Assembly: GCA_048594975.1 (NCBI GenBank)
Contig: JBMDXQ010000090.1
Coordinates: forward strand, 7,093-71,092
Source of the DNA: Vicinamibacterales bacterium
GTDB taxonomy: Bacteria; Acidobacteriota; Vicinamibacteria; Vicinamibacterales; 2-12-FULL-66-21
Direction of reading: 5' to 3'
Length of the DNA: 64,000 nucleotides
Shown here in pieces: positions 8,909-18,285 of the stretch. Positions within the stretch are counted from its first letter, which is position 1. Each line of letters starts with the position of its first letter. The notes beneath the pieces were generated by a model that worked only from the letters and a program-made list of their open reading frames with translations, did no database searches and was not told where the DNA came from. A program made the position numbers and the translations under genes.

Positions 8909-10129
8909 TCAGGTGAGCGTGATCTGCAGGCGGTAGCGCACCGGCTGACCGGACCTGCTCGCGGGTCTGAAGATCCACGCCTTCACCGCCGCGAGAATCA
9001 TCGTGTCGTAGTAGCGGCGCTCCGCGGTCGTTCTCAGCAGCCTGACCGTTTCGACGCGGCCATCCGGCGTCACCACGACCTCCACGGTGCCGGCCTGATC
9101 GCGCGGGAGGCCGACCGATTCCCGCGTCGGCAGGTGGGGTCGCACCAGCACAGGCGGCTCGACATCGGCGTCGCCGCGGTTGAACGTGCGGGTGACATCC
9201 GCTGGCAGTTCCAGGCGGGGCGCCGACCACTCGAGAACAGGTCTTGGCTGAGCCGCGAGGTACGCGAGCTCCAGGCGGCGCGGGTGCGGCGCCGCCGTCC
9301 CAGCCTGCGACAGCGTGATCGGCCCTCTCGCAGCCGGCCGTCCGTGCGACGGCTGCGGCCCGGCAGGCTCCGCCTTAACGACCGGCGGATCGGGGGCCTC
9401 CGCCTGCGTCGTCTTGCCGAACGCCGACCGGGCCGCTTTGCGCAGCGTTCCGACGATTCCTGTGTCTGAGGCGGCGGCAGCCGAGGTACCGGTAACCACC
9501 GCCTTCTCCGCCGAGGCGGGCAAAACAACCAGCGCGATGGCGACGCCGCCGGCGGCGCCCAGCGCCGCCAGCGCAGCGAGCGTCTTCCCGGAGAGCTTCT
9601 TCGCCGGTCCCGACTGCGGCGGCGCGTCTTCCTCCGGCCGCGAATGATCGTCGGCCCGTGCCTTGCGCTTCAGGCGTTCGATCTCTTCCTCGAGCTGTCG
9701 CTCCTGCTGGATCTTCTCGAGCCGCGCGGCGAGCGCCTGCCGGTCCCTGGCCGACGACGGCCGCTCGAAGAAGGCCAGCGCATCACGGAACTCCACCGGC
9801 GTCGAGACGCGAATGGACCCCTGGCCGTCGCCGAGCCCCCTCAGCTCCGCCGGGGCGTCGGCCGGCATGAGGTCGCGAAGCAACTGGCGCATGGCCGCCG
9901 CCGACTGCGCGGCGTCGCTCGCCCGCGCGGCCAGGCCGGGCGGAACGTGCAGCGAGCCGTCGCGCTCGAGGGCCAGCTCTCCTGAAGAGGGGACGGAGCC
10001 CAGCCGGCCCTCGACAACCGCGTCAGCGACGCTGCGCACGATCGCCACCGCCTCGTGCCAGTGCAGCGGCGAGTCGTCCGGTCGAACGAGAATCGGCGGC
10101 TCGATGGTTCCTGCCGTTATCGCGCGCAC
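8909..10129 (-). CDS. Membrane-anchored protein with C-terminal TonB-C-like domain and degenerate kinase-like N-terminus
   Basis: C-term GTVEVVVTPDGRVETVRL..MILAAVKAWIFRPA..GQPVRY; central TM and Pro-rich linker; N-term WHEAVAIVRSV lacks catalytic kinase motifs. Confidence 0.6.
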   Translation of the reverse strand: MRAITAGTIEPPILVRPDDSPLHWHEAVAIVRSVADAVVEGRLGSVPSSGELALERDGSLHVPPGLAARASDAAQSAAAMRQLLRDLMPADAPAELRGLGDGQGSIRVSTPVEFRDALAFFERPSSARDRQALAARLEKIQQERQLEEEIERLKRKARADDHSRPEEDAPPQSGPAKKLSGKTLAALAALGAAGGVAIALVVLPASAEKAVVTGTSAAAASDTGIVGTLRKAARSAFGKTTQAEAPDPPVVKAEPAGPQPSHGRPAARGPITLSQAGTAAPHPRRLELAYLAAQPRPVLEWSAPRLELPADVTRTFNRGDADVEPPVLVRPHLPTRESVGLPRDQAGTVEVVVTPDGRVETVRLLRTTAERRYYDTMILAAVKAWIFRPASRSGQPVRYRLQITLT

Positions 10130-10132
10130 ATG

Positions 10133-10324
10133 TCACCCCGTAATGGCCTGGACGACGGCCGACGCGACGTCGCCGGCCCAGCGGATGCCCTTCACCAGCA
10201 TCCGGTCGAGCGCCGTGACGGCGTCCGCCGGTGTGCCGTACATCCAGATGTAGATCGCGGCGAAGATCGCGGCGGGCGCGATGTACAGCAGCGTCTCGGA
10301 TTTGCCGCGCCCCGACGTTCTCAT
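10133..10324 (-). CDS. Small membrane protein (63 aa)
   Basis: ATG overlaps VWA stop; one hydrophobic TM; stop abuts next start. Confidence 0.6.
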   Translation of the reverse strand: MRTSGRGKSETLLYIAPAAIFAAIYIWMYGTPADAVTALDRMLVKGIRWAGDVASAVVQAITG

Positions 10325-12318
10325 TTCGTCGCTCCTGATCCGACCCGGCTGGCGCTCAGCGGCTGCGGCGCGAAATACCCGCTCTGGCTCCGGACCTTCG
10401 TATCCGGCACCCGGCTCGAGATCTCGACCGCCCGCCAGGCGCCGTCGCGCGTCGAGTTGGTCGACGTATAGGTGATGACGTAGCGCCGCCGGAGGTTCTC
10501 GAGAATCCGGCGGTACTGCAGGTCCAGCTCGGCCACGTCGGCCGGGAAGTACGCCTCGCCGCCGGATTGCTCCGCCAGCTGCGCGAGCACCTCCCGATCC
10601 ACCTTCGGACCGAGGCCGATCGTGAAGATCGCCACCTCAATCTCCTTCATCGCCCGCAGGACGTCTGCGAGGGTGTGAGTGCTGCCGGGGGCGGTCCCGG
10701 GGTTGTTCTCGTCGCGCCCGTCGGTGACGACGACAAGGATCCGCCGGGTCTTTTCGTGCTTCAGGCGGAACAGCGAACCATGAATCGAGTCGTAAAGCGC
10801 CGTGCCGCCGCTGGCCACGTAGCCGGCGATGCCGGCGTAGCTGAGCGAGCGGTCGGTGGCCAGATCATGGGCGAACCAGATCGTGTCGGCGAAGGTCGCG
10901 ACAGCGAGGGGATCCTCCGGCCGCAGGGCGGACACGAAGGAGCGTGCGGCCGCCTGCACTGCCGCCGCGTCCTTCTTCATGCTCCCGCTCGAGTCGATCA
11001 GCAGGATCATCGACACCGGTGCCACCGCCTCCTCGAAGGTGTCGAGCGTCTGCTCCACGCCGTCCTCGACGACGACGAGGTCGTCGACGCTGACGGCGAG
11101 CAGCTCGCGCCGGGTGTTCATCAGCGAGAACTCGAACGACGGCCGGATCGGCGGCGGCTTCGGGGCGTAATAGCCGGCGCGGGTGCGCACCCGCCATTCC
11201 GGCCTGGGCGTGGTCAGCGAGATTGCGCGCCACGTGCCGTCGATGTTCTGGTTGGTGGAGGTGTACGCGACGACGTAGCGCTGCTGCACTTCGTCGGTGA
11301 TGCGCTGGTCCACCCAGTCGAGCTCGGTCTCGCGATACGGGAAGAAGGCGCGGCCGCCCGTCTCGGCGGAGATTTCCCGCAGGAACCGCTCGCCCTTGAT
11401 CGAAATGCCCGCGGACGCGGCGATCCCGACCGCGTAGAGCGTCGCGTGGATGCCCTTCACCGCCGCCACCGCCTCCTGCCGCGCGAGGGTGCTGTGCTCG
11501 TCGTAGCCGTCGGTCATCAGCACGATCGCATGCCGGCCCTGGTGCGGCTGCAGCCGCTCGGCGACATCCTTGAGGACGTCGAGAATCGCGGTGCCGCCCG
11601 TCGCCGCGATGCCGTCGATCGCGTCGAGCACGGTCTTGCGATCGGTGGTCGGCCCGGTGATCGGCAGCAACGTCCGCGAGAAGGGGGCGACGACGATCAT
11701 GTCGTCGGGCCGCAGGTGCTTCACCAGCTGCGCGGCTGCGTCGCGGACCGCGTCGATGCGCCGCGACATGCTCTGGCTCGTGTCGACGAGCAGCGTGAAG
11801 GTCGCGGGCAGGCGTTCCGGGCGTGCCTGGTCGAGCGTCTGCGGCTCGCCGTTCTCGAGCAGGCGGAAGTCGTGGGGACCGAGCCCGCGCACGAACTGCC
11901 CCTTGGCGTCGTGCACGGCGACGTCGAGCACGACGCTCGACACCTGCGAGGCCTCGGTCACCTGCAGCGGCCTGAGGACGACGCGGTCGCGCGCGATCTG
12001 GCCGGTCGTGTCGCTGACCTCCACCGAGATCTCGCGCGCCTCGAACGGATTGTCGTCGGTCCACTCGAGCGCGTACGGCGGGCCGTCGACGTCCTCGCCG
12101 AGCAGCGCCGCATCGACGAAGAACCTGACCGGCTGGAGCGTGCGGTCGTCGCGGTGCTGCACCTGCGCGACGATGCGTACCCGCTGGATCAGCCCGGTGC
12201 GACCGAGCGGCGAGGTGATCCGGACCGACAGATCGGCTCTGTCCTGCCCCTTGCCGGCCGGCCCCGCCCAGACCGGCGCGGCCGTCGTCAACAGAACGAA
12301 CAGACCGAGGCATGACAT
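10321..12318 (-). CDS. Secreted double-VWA domain protein with N-terminal Ig-like domain (acidobacterial VWFA-type); start uncertain
   Basis: Two MIDAS sets DTSQS/GGTA/MTDG and DSSGS/GGTA/VTDG; two DGxWRxI tails; VRITSP..VRFFVD..DGPPYALEW Ig-like; signal peptide MSCLGLFVLLTTAAPVWA. Confidence 0.8.
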   Translation of the reverse strand: MSCLGLFVLLTTAAPVWAGPAGKGQDRADLSVRITSPLGRTGLIQRVRIVAQVQHRDDRTLQPVRFFVDAALLGEDVDGPPYALEWTDDNPFEAREISVEVSDTTGQIARDRVVLRPLQVTEASQVSSVVLDVAVHDAKGQFVRGLGPHDFRLLENGEPQTLDQARPERLPATFTLLVDTSQSMSRRIDAVRDAAAQLVKHLRPDDMIVVAPFSRTLLPITGPTTDRKTVLDAIDGIAATGGTAILDVLKDVAERLQPHQGRHAIVLMTDGYDEHSTLARQEAVAAVKGIHATLYAVGIAASAGISIKGERFLREISAETGGRAFFPYRETELDWVDQRITDEVQQRYVVAYTSTNQNIDGTWRAISLTTPRPEWRVRTRAGYYAPKPPPIRPSFEFSLMNTRRELLAVSVDDLVVVEDGVEQTLDTFEEAVAPVSMILLIDSSGSMKKDAAAVQAAARSFVSALRPEDPLAVATFADTIWFAHDLATDRSLSYAGIAGYVASGGTALYDSIHGSLFRLKHEKTRRILVVVTDGRDENNPGTAPGSTHTLADVLRAMKEIEVAIFTIGLGPKVDREVLAQLAEQSGGEAYFPADVAELDLQYRRILENLRRRYVITYTSTNSTRDGAWRAVEISSRVPDTKVRSQSGYFAPQPLSASRVGSGATK

Positions 12319-12544
12319 CACGGCGCTGCTCGCGAGGCGTAGGCACACCAAGCGGACCGCCGCGGCGGGTCCTGTCCGCGTACAGCCCCACCGACTGACA
12401 CCCCACCGCGCAGAGAACGTGCGGCGGGGACCCCGCCTCGCGCCGAAAAACACATGCAACAGCGGACGGCGCTGCGGCGGCCGGCGGGGCGCACCGTTTG
12501 CGGCCACCCGCAAGTGGCGGTCCCTAGCCTCGGGGTACGCACCT

Positions 12545-13876
12545 TTACGCATACGTGACCGGCAGCTCACGATCGTCGACGAAGTAGCTGGCGCACGCCG
12601 CGTCGAGCAGTTCCGGCGTCAGGCGGCGTTCCGCGTCGAGATAGTCGGCGAGCGAGAGTACGTGCTCCACGAGGTCGCGGGGCTGGCAGCCGCGCAGCTG
12701 GATCTGCCGCGGCCGGTAGTAGTTCACGAGCATGTGCTCGATCGGCTCGCGGTCGAAGGGGATCCGCCGTTCGCCGCAGACGTTGCTGAAGATCTGCATG
12801 AACTCCGGCAGCGTCGGGCTCTCAGCGAAGATCTTGTAGTGGATGCGGCGAAGGAACGCCTCGTCCACCAGGTCCGCCGGCTTGATGTTGGTGGCGAAGA
12901 CCACCAGGGTCAGGAACGGCAGCTCGAACTTCTGGCCGCTCTGCAACGTGAGGAAGTCCACCCGGCTCTCGAGCGGCACGATCCAGCGGTTCAGCAGGTC
13001 ACGCGGCGAGCAGGCCTGCCGGCCGAAGTCGTCGATCACGAGCACGCCGCCGTTGGCGATCGTCTGGACGGGCGCGGCGTAAAACCCCGCGGTGGCGTTG
13101 TAGTTCAGCTCGAGGGACTCGAGCGTCAGCTCGCCTCCCACCATCACCATGGGGCGACGGCAGGCGACCCACCGGGCGTCGAGCTGCGACCCCCTGTCCA
13201 GCCCGATGCCGGACGCGGGTCCTTCCGACGCCGTCGCGACCGGTTCATGGTTCACCGGATCGAACAGCCGGACGATGTTGCCCTCCACCTCCAGCGCGTG
13301 GGGGATCGCGATCTGCCCCTCCAGGAGGTTGCGGATCGCCTGCGAGATGACGGTCTTGCCGTTGCCCGGGGGCCCGTACACGAACATCGAGTGGCCGGCA
13401 TTGATCGCCGGGCCGAGTTGATCGAGCACGCGGTCGCCGATGACGAGGTGCGAAAACGCCTGGCGCACCTGCTCGCGCGTCGCCTTGCGCGGGCGCGCGT
13501 CGCGGAATGCGCCCATGTAGCGGCGGTATTGCTCGAGCGGCACGGGCGCGCAGCCGACGTAGTGGCTCGACTCGAGGAAGAGCGCGGCCCGCGTGCGGCC
13601 CGCGTCGGTGATGCGGTAGCGGTACGACGCCCGGCCGATCATCGAGCCGCCGCCGATCTCGCAGTGGCGCTGCGCGACCATCATTTCGAGCACGGGCTCG
13701 ACGACCGTGAAGTTCAGCCCCAGCCGGCGGGCGAGCTCGACGCCGGTCAGCTCACCGCTGAAGTGCAGCGCCTTGAGCGCCAGCTGCAGGACCAGGTCCG
13801 CCTTCAGGCCGGCCTCTTCGAGCGTCGTCGGGGCGGTCGGGTGCTCGACGAGTTTCGGATCGGCGATCGTGGTCAT
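12545..13876 (-). CDS. AAA+ family ATPase with N-terminal winged-helix-like domain
   Basis: Walker A GPPGNGKT, Walker B VLVIDDFG, FATN, EAFLRRI; ATG overlaps upstream stop (ATGA). Confidence 0.82.
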   Translation of the reverse strand: MTTIADPKLVEHPTAPTTLEEAGLKADLVLQLALKALHFSGELTGVELARRLGLNFTVVEPVLEMMVAQRHCEIGGGSMIGRASYRYRITDAGRTRAALFLESSHYVGCAPVPLEQYRRYMGAFRDARPRKATREQVRQAFSHLVIGDRVLDQLGPAINAGHSMFVYGPPGNGKTVISQAIRNLLEGQIAIPHALEVEGNIVRLFDPVNHEPVATASEGPASGIGLDRGSQLDARWVACRRPMVMVGGELTLESLELNYNATAGFYAAPVQTIANGGVLVIDDFGRQACSPRDLLNRWIVPLESRVDFLTLQSGQKFELPFLTLVVFATNIKPADLVDEAFLRRIHYKIFAESPTLPEFMQIFSNVCGERRIPFDREPIEHMLVNYYRPRQIQLRGCQPRDLVEHVLSLADYLDAERRLTPELLDAACASYFVDDRELPVTYA

Positions 13877-14853
13877 TGGGGTTCCCCCGCATCCGCCAGC
13901 GAGGCGCGGAGCGCCCTGGCGCGGTCGCAGGCGTCCGCCGGGCCGCCGCGCGCGCCGCACGCCGCCTGGAAGGCGGCGAGCGCCGCCGGCCGTTCGCCGA
14001 GCGACAGGTTGATGACGCCTTCGTTGTAGTCGGCGCGCGCCACCGATCCCGCCTCGCGCAGCGCCTGGCGCGCCAGGTCCATCCGCCTGCTGGCCGCGTA
14101 GGCGAGCGCGAGGTTGTGCCGCGCCGCCAGCAGCGCCGGATCGGCGGCCACCGCCTGGCGGCAGTAGCGGATCGCCGTGGCGGCATCGCCGTCCACGAGC
14201 GACAGGTAGCCGAGGTTGTTCATCGCGAAGGCGGCGTCCGGCTGGATGGCCAGCGCGACTTCGTACGCGTTCTGCGCCTCACGCTCGTTGCCGAGCGCCT
14301 GCAGCACCGTGCCCAGCGTGTTCCGCGCCGCCGCGGAGTAGGGCGCGAAGTACACCGCGCGGTGGGCATCGGCCAGCGCCAGCGCGGGCAGCCGCGCGTC
14401 GCGCCACAGCCGCGCGAGCCCGTCGTACGCCGCCGCGTCACGCGGATCGAAGACGAGCGCCACGCGATAGTGGCGGTGCGCCGCATCGAAGACGCCGAGG
14501 CGGGCGTATTCCGCCGCGACCCGACGATTTGTTTCGGCCCCGGGCATCGCCCGCAGCGCCAGCAGCGCCGCCGCCAGCCCCGGATCGGAGCTCTCGAGCG
14601 TGGACCCGAGTGCCTGCCGGGGTCTCGGCTGCGCGCGTGCCGAGAGCTCGCGGATCTTGCCAATCACGGTCTCGAGGGAGTCCGCCGCGGGAGCCACGTC
14701 GAACGGGGCCGGGGCGGAGGCGGAGCCGGGCTGCGCCCCGCTCACGAAGCGGCTCGACAGGCTGGACGGCGCGCGCGAGGACGCGCATCCCGCCGCCAGT
14801 GCCCCGGCAACGACTACTCCCACCGTCAGTCGACTGGCTCTCGCGATCGTCAT
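13873..14853 (-). CDS. TPR lipoprotein, TadD/pilotin-like
   Basis: Lipobox LAAGC; TPR repeats (RNTLGTVLQALG, MNNLGYLSL, RHNLALAYA); position after tadC. Confidence 0.75.
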   Translation of the reverse strand: MTIARASRLTVGVVVAGALAAGCASSRAPSSLSSRFVSGAQPGSASAPAPFDVAPAADSLETVIGKIRELSARAQPRPRQALGSTLESSDPGLAAALLALRAMPGAETNRRVAAEYARLGVFDAAHRHYRVALVFDPRDAAAYDGLARLWRDARLPALALADAHRAVYFAPYSAAARNTLGTVLQALGNEREAQNAYEVALAIQPDAAFAMNNLGYLSLVDGDAATAIRYCRQAVAADPALLAARHNLALAYAASRRMDLARQALREAGSVARADYNEGVINLSLGERPAALAAFQAACGARGGPADACDRARALRASLADAGEPQ

Positions 14854-14882
14854 GCCCCTGGCCCCGATGTCAGCAACGCGGC

Positions 14883-14984
14883 TCAGTCGAACTTCTCGCT
14901 GCGCAGACGCGCGCGGCGCTTGACCAGCCACAACCCGCCGAACACCACTGCGCCGACGATCGCGATCACTGTGATGGGTTCCAT
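14883..14984 (-). CDS. 33-aa single-TM micropeptide MEPITVIAIVGAVVFGGLWLVKRRARLRSEKFD (not called separately in ORF track)
   Basis: Strong SD AAAGGAG with A-rich spacer before ATG 14984; fills tadC-tadD gap; TM plus basic tail. Confidence 0.72.
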   Translation of the reverse strand: MEPITVIAIVGAVVFGGLWLVKRRARLRSEKFD

Positions 14985-15025
14985 TTTGCTTTCTCCTTTG
15001 ATGGTTATCCGTGGTCCGAGTTCGC

Positions 15026-15940
15026 TCACCGGCCGTGCGTGCCGAACACCTCGATGATCTTGATGACGGCAGGGCCGAGAATCACGACGTAGAGTGCCGG
15101 GAAGAGGAGCAGGACGAGCGGAAACACCAGCTTCACGGTGAGCTTGGCGGCCCGCTCCTCCGCCCGCTGCCGCCGCTTGGTACGGGACGTGTCGGCGTGT
15201 GTCCTGAGCGCCTGCGCGACGCTCGTTCCGAACCGGTCCGTCTGCACGAGCATGGCGACGAGCGAACGCACGTCCTCCACGCGCGTGCGATCCGCGAAGT
15301 TCTTGAAGGCTTCGAGCCGCGCCTTGCCGGCGCGGATCTCCATCGTGACGAGGCGCAGCTCCTCGGCCAGCGCCGGGTAGGCGAGGTCGAGTTCCTCGCT
15401 CGCCTTGACGATGGCCTGATCGAGGCTGGAGCCGGCCTCCAGGCACACGATGAACAGGTCCAGGGCGTCGGGCAGGCCGTTGCGGATGACCCGCTGACGG
15501 CGCCTGGTCTGCCGCCCGAGCCACAGGTCGGGCAGCAGGTAGCCGACCACGACGCCGAAAATCGCCGGCAGGATGCCGCGGCGCCCGAACACCAGGACGA
15601 TCGTGGCGGCGAGGCCCGCCGCGCAGAGGATCTTCGCCGCGGAGAACGCGATCGTCGCGTTGAGGCTGCGGTAGCCGGCGGCGGTCAGGCGCCGGCGCAG
15701 GAGCGACATCTCCTTCGGAGACTTCTGCACGACGGTGGCGACCTTCTTGGCGAGCGGGCTCACGGTGTCGGCCACGAGCGGCGCCGGGAGCACCAGGTCG
15801 GTGCTGGGGCCGGCGCTGAGTCCGTCCAGCCGCCGCCGCGCGGGCGCGCGGCCGAGCAGGATCGACCTGGTCACGAGCCCGGTCGTGAGCGCCACGCCGA
15901 TGAACACCGCGGTAACGGCAATGAGGAGATCGGCTTGCAT
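15026..15940 (-). CDS. tadC: Tad inner-membrane platform protein TadC (T2SS F family)
   Basis: LPDALDLFIVCLEAGSSLDQA, LVQTDRFGTSVAQALR, AEERAAKLTVKLVFPLVLLLFP. Confidence 0.92.
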   Translation of the reverse strand: MQADLLIAVTAVFIGVALTTGLVTRSILLGRAPARRRLDGLSAGPSTDLVLPAPLVADTVSPLAKKVATVVQKSPKEMSLLRRRLTAAGYRSLNATIAFSAAKILCAAGLAATIVLVFGRRGILPAIFGVVVGYLLPDLWLGRQTRRRQRVIRNGLPDALDLFIVCLEAGSSLDQAIVKASEELDLAYPALAEELRLVTMEIRAGKARLEAFKNFADRTRVEDVRSLVAMLVQTDRFGTSVAQALRTHADTSRTKRRQRAEERAAKLTVKLVFPLVLLLFPALYVVILGPAVIKIIEVFGTHGR

Positions 15941-15949
15941 CGGGTTGCC

Positions 15950-16918
15950 TCAGTACTCGAGGTTAGTGAGCCGCTTCACGACGAGGCCGCCTGTCACCTG
16001 CAGGATGAGCGCGGCCACCACCATCTTCACGCCCAAGGGATGCGTGATCAGAATCTTCATGGTGTCCGGCGCCACCACCGCGATGGCCAGGGCCGTGACC
16101 GGGGGGAGGCCGACGAGGACGAAGCCGGTCATGCGGGCGTGCGCGGAGATGACGCGGACCTGCCGCTTCACCTTGAAACGCTCGCGGACGACGCGGGCCA
16201 GATTGTCGAGCACTTCCGAGAGGTTGCCGCCCGCCTCGCGCTGCGTCAGCACCGCGGTCGCGAAGAACCGCGCGTCCAGGAGCGCGATGCGCTCGGCGAA
16301 CGCCCGGAGCGCGTCGGACAGCGGCATCCCGAAGTTCTGGCGGTCATAGAGCAGCCTGAATTCCGCGGAGACCGGATCGGGCATCTCGTCTGCGACCATG
16401 CCGAGGCCGGTGGTGAACGCGTGCCCGGCGCGCAGCGCGCGGGCGATGAGGTCGAGAGCCTCCGGGAACTGCTCTTCGAACAACAGCATGCGGCGGCTGC
16501 GCTTCCACGCCAGGTAAACGTAGGGGCCGAACATCAGCAGCACGGCGGCCACGGCGCTGATGCCGCGCAGACCGGTCAGGATGGCGAGGATGGAGTAGCC
16601 GCCGAACAGCGCGGTGCCGCTCATCAACAGGAACATCCCCACGGTCATGCGGGCGTCGGCCTGCTGGATGAGGCGCTCGATCGGCGCCGTGATCCGCGTC
16701 GCCCTGATGAGGAGCCGGTTGAGCGCGCCGACGTTGCTGAGCTGCTGCTCCTGTACGAGCAGCGCCGGCGTCTTCGCCAGACGGCTGCCGGCGGCTGCTT
16801 TCAGCCGCTTCTTCAGCTTCCTGGTCGACTCCTGCTCGGTCCGGACGACGAACCCCCAGTACAGGCCGAGCACGATGGCGAGCACTCCGACGAAGGTCCC
16901 GAGAATCAGCGGCTGCAC
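15950..16918 (-). CDS. tadB: Tad inner-membrane platform protein TadB (T2SS F family)
   Basis: FEEQFPEALDLIARALRAGHAF, QREAGGNLSEVLDNL; GGAGG SD before GTG 16918. Confidence 0.92.
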   Translation of the reverse strand: MQPLILGTFVGVLAIVLGLYWGFVVRTEQESTRKLKKRLKAAAGSRLAKTPALLVQEQQLSNVGALNRLLIRATRITAPIERLIQQADARMTVGMFLLMSGTALFGGYSILAILTGLRGISAVAAVLLMFGPYVYLAWKRSRRMLLFEEQFPEALDLIARALRAGHAFTTGLGMVADEMPDPVSAEFRLLYDRQNFGMPLSDALRAFAERIALLDARFFATAVLTQREAGGNLSEVLDNLARVVRERFKVKRQVRVISAHARMTGFVLVGLPPVTALAIAVVAPDTMKILITHPLGVKMVVAALILQVTGGLVVKRLTNLEY

Positions 16919-16929
16919 TGTCGCCTCCG

Positions 16930-18261
16930 TTACGCCACGACCTGTATGTGGTCGAACATCTCGATCGCCAGCGGATAGCCCGACGACTGCAGCTGCGCGC
17001 TGCACTTCGGCCGGATGCCGGTGGCCTTGAACCGGCCGATGATGCGGCCCTCCGGCGTGAGCCCGGTGCGCTCGAACACGAAGATCTCCTGCAGCGAGAT
17101 GATGTCCTGCTCCATCCCGGTGATCTCGGAGATCGCCGTCACGCGCCGCGCGCCGTCGGTGAAGCGGGTGATCTGCACGATCAGGTTGACCGCCGAGGCG
17201 ATCTGCTGGCGCACGGCGCGCTCGGGGATGTTCAGGTTGGCCATCGCCACCATCGTGTCCAGCCGGTAGAGCGCGTCGCGCGGGCTGTTGGCGTGAATGG
17301 TGGTCAGGCTGCCGTCGTGGCCGGTGTTCATCGCCTGCAGCATGTCGAGCGCCTCGTCGCCGCGCACCTCGCCGACGACGATGCGGTCGGGCCGCATGCG
17401 CAAGGCGTTGATGACCAGCTGGCGCTGCCGCACCGCGCCCTGCCCCTCGATGTTGGCCGGCCGGGTCTCGAGCCGCACCGTGTGTCGCTGGCGGAGCATC
17501 AGCTCGGCGGCGTCCTCGATGGTCACGATGCGTTCCTTCTCGGAGATGAACCCGGAGAGCACGTTGAGCATCGTGGTCTTGCCGGCGCCCGTGCCGCCCG
17601 AGATGATCACGTTCAGCCGGCAGGCCACCGCCGCGCGGAGGAAGTCGAGCATCGGCTGCGTGAGCGTCTGCCGCGCGACCAGGTCCTGGGCGCCGAGACG
17701 ATCGGTGCGGAAGCGCCGGATCGAGAGGCACGGGCCGTCGAGCGCGAGCGGCGGGATGATCGCGTTGACGCGCGAGCCGTCCTGGAGGCGCGCGTCCACC
17801 ATCGGGCTCGACTCGTCCACCCGTCGGCCGACCGAGCTGACGATGCGTTCGATGATCCGCAGCAGGTGCCGATCGTCCTTGAAGACGAGCGCGGTCTCCT
17901 CCAGCCTGCCGTTCCGCTCGATGTAGATTCGGTCGTGCCGGTTGACGAGGATGTCGGAGATCTCGTGATCGCGGAGCAGCGCCTCGAGCGGTCCGAGCCC
18001 GAACAGCTCGTTGAGCACGTCGACGATCATCGACTCGCGCTCGAACAGGCTCAGCGGCACGGTATCCGACTCGCGGTCGAGCAGCGAGACGATGATGCTG
18101 CGGATCTCGGGCTCCGCCTCCTCCTTGTGGACCTTGGCGAGCCGCTCCAGGTTGAGGCGGTTCAGCAGCTCCTGGTGCACGCGGGCCTTCAGGTCCTGGT
18201 ACTCCGGGTTGCGCACGTCGGCGGCGACTGCAGGGGCTGTCTTGACCGTGAGTGAAGTCAT
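16930..18261 (-). CDS. cpaF: Tad pilus assembly ATPase CpaF/TadA
   Basis: Walker [47 protein letters not shown]. Confidence 0.96.
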   Translation of the reverse strand: MTSLTVKTAPAVAADVRNPEYQDLKARVHQELLNRLNLERLAKVHKEEAEPEIRSIIVSLLDRESDTVPLSLFERESMIVDVLNELFGLGPLEALLRDHEISDILVNRHDRIYIERNGRLEETALVFKDDRHLLRIIERIVSSVGRRVDESSPMVDARLQDGSRVNAIIPPLALDGPCLSIRRFRTDRLGAQDLVARQTLTQPMLDFLRAAVACRLNVIISGGTGAGKTTMLNVLSGFISEKERIVTIEDAAELMLRQRHTVRLETRPANIEGQGAVRQRQLVINALRMRPDRIVVGEVRGDEALDMLQAMNTGHDGSLTTIHANSPRDALYRLDTMVAMANLNIPERAVRQQIASAVNLIVQITRFTDGARRVTAISEITGMEQDIISLQEIFVFERTGLTPEGRIIGRFKATGIRPKCSAQLQSSGYPLAIEMFDHIQVVA

Positions 18262-18285
18262 CCTCGTCTCCAGTGTCTCCAGTCG

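Noticed and set aside
11570-14029. Very long antisense or alternate-frame ORFs (e.g. 11570-14029, 33452-35659, 35920-38226, 44390-46669 full length, 52594-55539)
   Set aside because: Shadows of real high-GC genes on the opposite strand or frame; Arg/Ala/Pro-rich with no motifs
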